This document shows, piece by piece, positions 58,523 through 64,000 of a stretch of 64,000 nucleotides of DNA (position 1 is the stretch's first letter; each line of letters starts with the position of its first letter). Both the position numbers and the translations under genes were made by a program. The notes below the pieces were generated by a model. The model was given only the letters and a program-made list of their open reading frames with translations. It did not search any database and was not told the DNA's origin. This DNA is from an uncultured Desulfobacter sp. (GTDB taxonomy: Bacteria > Desulfobacterota > Desulfobacteria > Desulfobacterales > Desulfobacteraceae): the NCBI GenBank assembly GCA_963665095.1, contig OY762069.1, positions 6,816,001-6,880,000 of the forward strand, in the 5' to 3' direction.

Positions 58523-60062
58523 CGATACCATTAAAGCCTTTTTTCATCCCAGGGTGGTCACCATGCTGTTCTTCGGATTCAGTGCGGGGCTGCCCATTCT
58601 GTTGATTTTTTCCTCCTTGTCGTTATGGCTTCGGGAAGCCGGGGTTGAACGATCAGCCGTGACCTTTTTTTCCTGGGCGGCTTTGGGCTACTCTTTTAAA
58701 TTTGTCTGGGCGCCTCTGGTGGACCAGATGCCCATTCCGTTCATGACAAAGGCCCTGGGTCGTCGCCGGGCCTGGATCCTTTGTGCCCAGATGTTGATAG
58801 CGTCTGCCATTTTTGCCATGTCCATGGTTGATCCGGCAAAGGGGCAGGACTATTTGTCCCTGATGGCGCTTTTTGCTGTGGCTCTGGGCTTTTCCTCCGC
58901 CACCCAGGATATTGCCATTGATGCGTACCGGATTGAGTCGGTAGGCCCTGAGCTTCAGGCCCTGATGGCATCTGTTTATATCGCCGGTTACAGGATCGGC
59001 ATGCTGGCAGCCGGTGCCGGTGCCCTGTTCCTTGCCCAGATCAAAGGGTCTTCCCCGGGGGCCTATGATTACGCGGCCTGGCGTACGGCCTACCAGATCA
59101 TGGCGGCGATGATGGCCGTGGGCATGGTCACGGTGTTTCTGGTCCCGGAGCCGGATGTGACGGCAAATGACTCACCTTCCGCCCGAACCCTGGACCATGC
59201 CCGGTTTTTTATTCTGTTTCTGATATCAGCAGTTGCTTTTGCCGGCTGGTTTTATTGGTCATCCGGGCCTGCCGGAGCATTGAAACAGGTGCTTTCTTCT
59301 GGGGGAAAACATATGGCGGTTGCGGGTCTCCTTGTGGAGGCCGTCCGGCTTGCCGCGGGTATTGGCGTGGCCCTTTGCTGTGCCCGCATGATGGTGGTTT
59401 TAAGGATTGCAGATATGGGGATGATCCGGTCAGCCTATTTTGATCCGGTCTCTGATTTTTTTTCCCGTTACGGAATGGGCCTTGCCTGGCTGCTTTTGGC
59501 CCTGATCGGCCTTTACAGGATTTCAGATATTGTCCTGGGCGTGATTTCCAACGTGTTTTACCAGGACATCGGATTCTCAAAAATTCACATTGCCAGCATT
59601 GTTAAAACCTTTGGGCTGTTCATGACCATTGCCGGCGGTTTCCTGGGAGGCACCTTGTCCATTCGGTTCGGTGTCATGCGCATCCTTTTTGCCGGGGCAC
59701 TTTTGTCTGCATTGACAAATCTTTTGTTCGTACTGATGGCCTATACCGGGCCTGCCCTGCCCATGCTTTACCTGGTGATTTCTGCGGATAATCTTGCAGG
59801 AGGCCTTGCAGGGGCTGCCTTTGTAGCCTTTTTGTCCAGTCTGACCAATGTGCGGTTTACTGCCATTCAATATGCGGTGTTTTCCTCCCTGATGACCCTC
59901 ATACCTAAAGTCTTTTCGGGGTACTCCGGTACCATGGTGGACAGTCTTGGGTACCCAGTGTTTTTTACGGTGACTGCCGTGATGGGCATCCCCGTCCTGG
60001 TCCTGATTCTGATATGCGATAGGCGGCTGGACCCTGAAGGAAAATCCAAAATATCTGTTTAG
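58488..60062 (+). CDS. ampG: AmpG family muropeptide MFS permease
   Basis: GFSAGLP, KFVWAPLVD, GRRRAW, SATQDIAIDAYRIE, FTAIQYA; exact start uncertain. Confidence 0.92.
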   Translation: MQFPPILKLPCNDTIKAFFHPRVVTMLFFGFSAGLPILLIFSSLSLWLREAGVERSAVTFFSWAALGYSFKFVWAPLVDQMPIPFMTKALGRRRAWILCAQMLIASAIFAMSMVDPAKGQDYLSLMALFAVALGFSSATQDIAIDAYRIESVGPELQALMASVYIAGYRIGMLAAGAGALFLAQIKGSSPGAYDYAAWRTAYQIMAAMMAVGMVTVFLVPEPDVTANDSPSARTLDHARFFILFLISAVAFAGWFYWSSGPAGALKQVLSSGGKHMAVAGLLVEAVRLAAGIGVALCCARMMVVLRIADMGMIRSAYFDPVSDFFSRYGMGLAWLLLALIGLYRISDIVLGVISNVFYQDIGFSKIHIASIVKTFGLFMTIAGGFLGGTLSIRFGVMRILFAGALLSALTNLLFVLMAYTGPALPMLYLVISADNLAGGLAGAAFVAFLSSLTNVRFTAIQYAVFSSLMTLIPKVFSGYSGTMVDSLGYPVFFTVTAVMGIPVLVLILICDRRLDPEGKSKISV

Positions 60063-60225
60063 ACAAGTAGTTCAGCGGATCTTTTTTGCTTCTTATCCCA
60101 ATTCGTTGCCAGTTGGTTTTTAAATGGGCAGGGAAGAAAATCTCTTTACCCTGGTCTGGTTTTTTATTATGAGATACTCTGAGCTTTGAAGATCTTAAAG
60201 TGGTAACCCGGTTGAACCCTTAAAA

Positions 60226-60396
60226 CAGCGCCTGAATTTAAAGCCCTTGTTTGGGCGAAAAGTTACCCGGATGAAAGGCTATAAAAAATTTGCAACCGGC
60301 GCAATCATTTCGGTTGTAGAGGGTGCAGAATTTTTCTGCAATGCAGCAGGCGGGTAATATTGTGGGATATACCCCTTAAAGAACCGTTCAAACACA
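60226..60396. mobile_element. Palindromic MITE/REP-like element, degenerate copy 2
   Basis: TGTTTGGGCGAAAAGTTACCCGGATGAAAGGC matches copy 1 at 28/32; also GCAGGCGGGT and terminal TCAAACAC. Confidence 0.6.
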
Positions 60397-60443
60397 AAAT
60401 GAATATCCCTTAGGTTAACGATTTATATTCTCGAGGAGATAAA

Positions 60444-60845
60444 ATGGCTGTAATCGTCCAATTTATTGTTGTCAGGGATGGAGATGAAAAGATGACATTT
60501 GCGACAAAGAAAGAAGCAGACGCCTATGACAAGATGCTTGATATTGCCGACCATTTGTTTGATTTTCTGGGCCAGTCCGATCTTGGCCTAAACGAAACCG
60601 TCCAGGAAGAGGTTTCCCTGCTGTTAGCTGAAAAACGCGAAGAGGTGATGCCGATTTTAAGGGGAATCTCCCCCAAGGCTCAAAAGCCTTCAAAAAAAGC
60701 CGCACCAACTTCTAATGCCAATCCGGCAGACAAGGGGCCGGCCAAGCCGGCGGCTGCCGGTTCAAATCCTGGCACCCCGGCACCTAAAAAAACGGCCAAG
60801 GCCACTCCCCGTACAAAGGCAGCTAACGCCCCAAAGAACGGGTAG
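60444..60845 (+). CDS. yebG: YebG family protein with Lys/Ala/Pro-rich tail
   Basis: MAVIVQFIVVRDGDEKMTFATKKEADAYDKMLD matches my recollection of the YebG N-terminus; GAGGAG RBS. Confidence 0.8.
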   Translation: MAVIVQFIVVRDGDEKMTFATKKEADAYDKMLDIADHLFDFLGQSDLGLNETVQEEVSLLLAEKREEVMPILRGISPKAQKPSKKAAPTSNANPADKGPAKPAAAGSNPGTPAPKKTAKATPRTKAANAPKNG

Positions 60846-60881
60846 GGAGCATTAATTTTCAGGCTTTAAGGAAGAACAGGT

Positions 60882-62168
60882 ATGTCGTCATTTTTGTTTC
60901 GATTGGTACGGGTGATTGTAATTATTGCCATTGGTGCGGCCGTGGCATTCTGGCTGTTTGTCTCCAGGGAAAAACCCGAGAAAATAGCCGTGGTTCAGGC
61001 CCCGCCAAAGGTGCAGTGTGTTAAAGCGGTTTCCGGCAATTCTGTTATGACTGTTGAGGCCTTCGGCACAGTAACCCCCCGCAACAGCGTAAAGCTGGCC
61101 ATGGAAGCAGCCGGCAGAATCGACTACATTCATCCCGGGTTTCGGGAAGGGGCACAAGTAAAAAAGGGCGACACCCTTTTAGGCATTGATCAGCGCACCC
61201 TTGTCCTTAGTGAGAAAAATGCCCGTGTCCGGGTGGAACAGGCCAGTGCGGACATCCGTCTGCTTGAACAGGAGACCAAAAATCTGAAGGCGGATGCACA
61301 GCTTGCGGAAAGCAATATGAAACTCAGCCTTAAAGAGCTGGAACGGGTCAAAGCATTAACCAAAAACCAGTTTGCATCCAAAAACAGTCTGGACAAGGCG
61401 GAACAGCAATCCCTGGCTGCAAAGACTCAACTGCAGGCCGTAACCAATGCAATGGAGCTGTTGCCTGCGCGCATGGCATTAAAGCAATCGGTCCTTTCTG
61501 CAGCACAGGTGGCCCTTGACCAGGCCATTCTCATGCTTGAGAAGTCAGAAATTAAAGCCCCTTTTGACGGCTTTGTTCTGGCCAGGCAGGTGGAGATTCT
61601 GGAATTTGTCAATCCGGGGCAGGCCCTTGGGGTTATTTATGAAAAAGATGCACTGGATGTAGATGTGCGTATCCCCTTGGAAGAGCTTCAATGGCTGGGT
61701 GCTGTATTTGAGAACGGAAATCAGCCCAAGGTTCTTGTGACCATAGCAAACCTGGATGACTTTACCTCACCTGTGTGGCCGGGTCGTGTGGTACGCATTA
61801 AAGCTGCCATTGATGAAAAAACCCGAACCATGCCCATGACGGTTGAAATCGGCAGCCTTGAAATCAGGGATCCTTTACTGGCCCTTAAACCCGGCGTCTT
61901 TGTCAAGTGTCGTATTAACGGTGAGAAAAGAGTTACCTTTCCGGTGCCAAGACACCTGATGCGCTCGCCTGATACGTTGTTTCTGGCTGTGGACGATTGC
62001 CTGGTAATTCGAAAGGTACAGGTAATCCGCCGGTTTGAAGATACTGTGTTTATCGCAAAAGGGCTCAGCGACGGTGATCTGATTATCCAGTCACCACTTC
62101 CCGGTGCCGTTGACGGCATGGCCTTAACTGTCACCCAGGCCGTCAAGCCGGCCGGAGAAACTAAATGA
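60882..62168 (+). CDS. RND efflux periplasmic adaptor (membrane fusion protein)
   Basis: N-terminal TM, long coiled coil, IKAPFDG, IDEKTRT, LKPG.FV. Confidence 0.92.
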   Translation: MSSFLFRLVRVIVIIAIGAAVAFWLFVSREKPEKIAVVQAPPKVQCVKAVSGNSVMTVEAFGTVTPRNSVKLAMEAAGRIDYIHPGFREGAQVKKGDTLLGIDQRTLVLSEKNARVRVEQASADIRLLEQETKNLKADAQLAESNMKLSLKELERVKALTKNQFASKNSLDKAEQQSLAAKTQLQAVTNAMELLPARMALKQSVLSAAQVALDQAILMLEKSEIKAPFDGFVLARQVEILEFVNPGQALGVIYEKDALDVDVRIPLEELQWLGAVFENGNQPKVLVTIANLDDFTSPVWPGRVVRIKAAIDEKTRTMPMTVEIGSLEIRDPLLALKPGVFVKCRINGEKRVTFPVPRHLMRSPDTLFLAVDDCLVIRKVQVIRRFEDTVFIAKGLSDGDLIIQSPLPGAVDGMALTVTQAVKPAGETK

Positions 62169-64000
62169 AAGCGATTGGCAAATGGTCGGTGGAGCACCGG
62201 GTTACCGTAAACCTTATTATGGTGTTTCTGATTGTGGCCGGCATGTTTACGGCCATAAACATGAAGCGCGAGATGTTCCCGCAGTTCTCCTTGGATATGA
62301 TCAGTATTTCTGTGAAATATCCGGGGGCTTCTCCCGAGGATGTGGAAGAGGGCCTCTGCATCAAAATTGAGGAGCAGCTCAAAAGCCTGGAAAACATTAA
62401 AACCATGTATTCCACGGCGGTTGAGGGATACGCTTCCGTGGTTCTGGAGTTGGACGCCGGCACAGATATCAGTGACAAGCTCAATGAGGTCAGAACCGAA
62501 ATCGATTTGATTGATTCTTTCCCCACCCAGGCCGAAGATCCGGTGGTGGTGGAAATTAAGAACAATGAACCCGCCATTTATGTGGCAGTTTACGGCGATG
62601 TACCGGAACAGACACTTAGACAGACGGCTGAAAAGATCAGGGACGATCTGGTGGCTTTTGATGAAATTTCCCTGGCCAGTCTGATCGGGGTCCGTGATTA
62701 TGAAATCTCAGTTGAAATCTCAGAGGAAGCGCTACGCAAATTTTCCCTGTCATTTAATGATGTGGTGCGTGCAGTGGGCACCGGCAGTTTAGAGCTGCCG
62801 GGCGGACTGATCAAAACCCCGGGCGGGGAATTTTTGATCCGGGCCAAGGGTAAACGGTATACCGGACTTGAGTATGGGCAGATTCCCCTGGTTACAAAGG
62901 CAGATGGTACCGTGGTGCGCTTAGGCGATGTGGCCCGGGTGGTGGACGGGTTCGAGGATCTGGATCTCAAATCACGGTTTAACGGGGCCCCGGCCGCCAT
63001 GGTGGCGGTAAAACGTACCGACGCCCAGGACACCATTGCCATTTCCAACCGGGTCCTGGAATATATGCAGGCCATTAAAAAAGATCTGCCCAAAGGGGTC
63101 AGTTTAGGCCACTGGTACAACATGGCCGATCTGGTTCAGGACCGGATTGATCTGCTCCTTAAAAATGGAATTCAGGGAATTCTTCTGGTGTTTGTTGTTC
63201 TGGCCCTGTTTCTGGATCTGGGCCTGGCCTTCTGGGTGGCTTCAGGCATCCCCATTACCTTCATGGGCTCTTTTCTGGTTCTGGAATATATTGGTGCCTC
63301 CGTGAACATGCTCTCTTTGTTCGGGTTTATCATGACTTTAGGCATCCTGGTGGATGACGCCATTATTGTGGGAGAAAATGTATATACCCACTATTCCGCA
63401 GGCAAATCACCCAAAGATGCGGTCATGGCGGCTATGGAACAGGTGGGTGGCCCTGTGGTTATGGCGGTGTCCACTACCATTGTGGCGTTTGCCCCCCTGA
63501 TGTTCATCACCGGAATCATGGGAAAATTTATTGCCGTCATGCCCCAGGCGGTGATCTGTATTTTGTTTATTTCTCTGCTTGAGGCCTTTTTTATTCTGCC
63601 GGCTCACCTGGAAGGGACTCTGACCCCTGGAAAATCAGTTAAATCAAAGCCTCGTAAATATCTCTTTTTCTGGCTGGACTGGCTGAAGTCCGATATCTTA
63701 TATATCCACGGGGTGCTGAGGGTGAGGGTGGAGAGATGGCTGAACCGCGTCATTTATTCCTTTTATCTGCCGGTGCTCAAGTTTTGTGTCAAAAACAGGT
63801 ATTTTACCCTGAGTATCGGCCTTGCCTGTCTGATCATGAGTTTAGGGCTGATAGCCGGCGGGCATGTGCCATATACCTTTTTCGGGAAAAGTGATTCCAA
63901 CTGGCTGGTGTCAGATATTGTCTATCCCTTGGGAACCCCGTTCGAGACCACTGAAAACACTATCAAGCAGCTGGAGACTGGCGCTTTTAAACTCAACGAG
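62165..64000 (+). CDS. RND efflux permease (AcrB family), 3' truncated by window; missing from the ORF track
   Basis: ATGA overlap with adaptor stop; translated by hand: NLIM, EMFP, YPGASPEDVEE, GILVDDAIIVGENV; open to window end. Confidence 0.93.
   Translation, partial: MKAIGKWSVEHRVTVNLIMVFLIVAGMFTAINMKREMFPQFSLDMISISVKYPGASPEDVEEGLCIKIEEQLKSLENIKTMYSTAVEGYASVVLELDAGTDISDKLNEVRTEIDLIDSFPTQAEDPVVVEIKNNEPAIYVAVYGDVPEQTLRQTAEKIRDDLVAFDEISLASLIGVRDYEISVEISEEALRKFSLSFNDVVRAVGTGSLELPGGLIKTPGGEFLIRAKGKRYTGLEYGQIPLVTKADGTVVRLGDVARVVDGFEDLDLKSRFNGAPAAMVAVKRTDAQDTIAISNRVLEYMQAIKKDLPKGVSLGHWYNMADLVQDRIDLLLKNGIQGILLVFVVLALFLDLGLAFWVASGIPITFMGSFLVLEYIGASVNMLSLFGFIMTLGILVDDAIIVGENVYTHYSAGKSPKDAVMAAMEQVGGPVVMAVSTTIVAFAPLMFITGIMGKFIAVMPQAVICILFISLLEAFFILPAHLEGTLTPGKSVKSKPRKYLFFWLDWLKSDILYIHGVLRVRVERWLNRVIYSFYLPVLKFCVKNRYFTLSIGLACLIMSLGLIAGGHVPYTFFGKSDSNWLVSDIVYPLGTPFETTENTIKQLETGAFKLNE

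Noticed and set aside
60202..60218. Possible LexA box GGTAACCCGGTTGAACC upstream of yebG
   Set aside because: Does not fit the length or positions of the deltaproteobacterial LexA consensus I recall, and is far from the start

Overview
Core-chromosome segment of a probable sulfate-reducing Desulfobacterota bacterium (Desulfobacteraceae-like; inferred from a dissimilatory-type Sat and the gene order). Mostly housekeeping: argS (partial), gatCA/gatB, mutL, queA-tgt, hypAB, gltX, rpmF-acpP-rpiB-glyA-nrdR-rib-nusB, sat, a PiT transporter, ffh-rpsP-KH-rimM-trmD-rplS-rnhB-yraN-rsmI, rlmN, nth, acyl-CoA dehydrogenase, ampG and an RND pump (partial). I saw no tRNA, rRNA, CRISPR array or transposase. 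Main observations: (1) a secreted DUF1573-type protein split by an in-frame TGA exactly at the first Cys of its CGC motif, with SECIS-like hairpins, so a probable unannotated selenoprotein (26691-27407); (2) a minus-strand cluster (46998-53273) with three paralogous NrtA/CmpA-like binding domains (one Tat-exported with an ABC importer, one signal-less with a CTG start, one fused to a CheY-like receiver) plus an acidic protein and an Hpt, next to a binding-protein/hybrid-kinase pair, a candidate transport-coupled sensing phosphorelay; (3) two tandem porins bracketed by two paralogous periplasmic proteins; (4) a chimeric deletion scar (activator N-terminus fused to AldA C-terminus), a frameshifted Ntn-hydrolase relic, two copies of a palindromic MITE-like element and several candidate operators. 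All calls come from reading the sequence; no database search was run.
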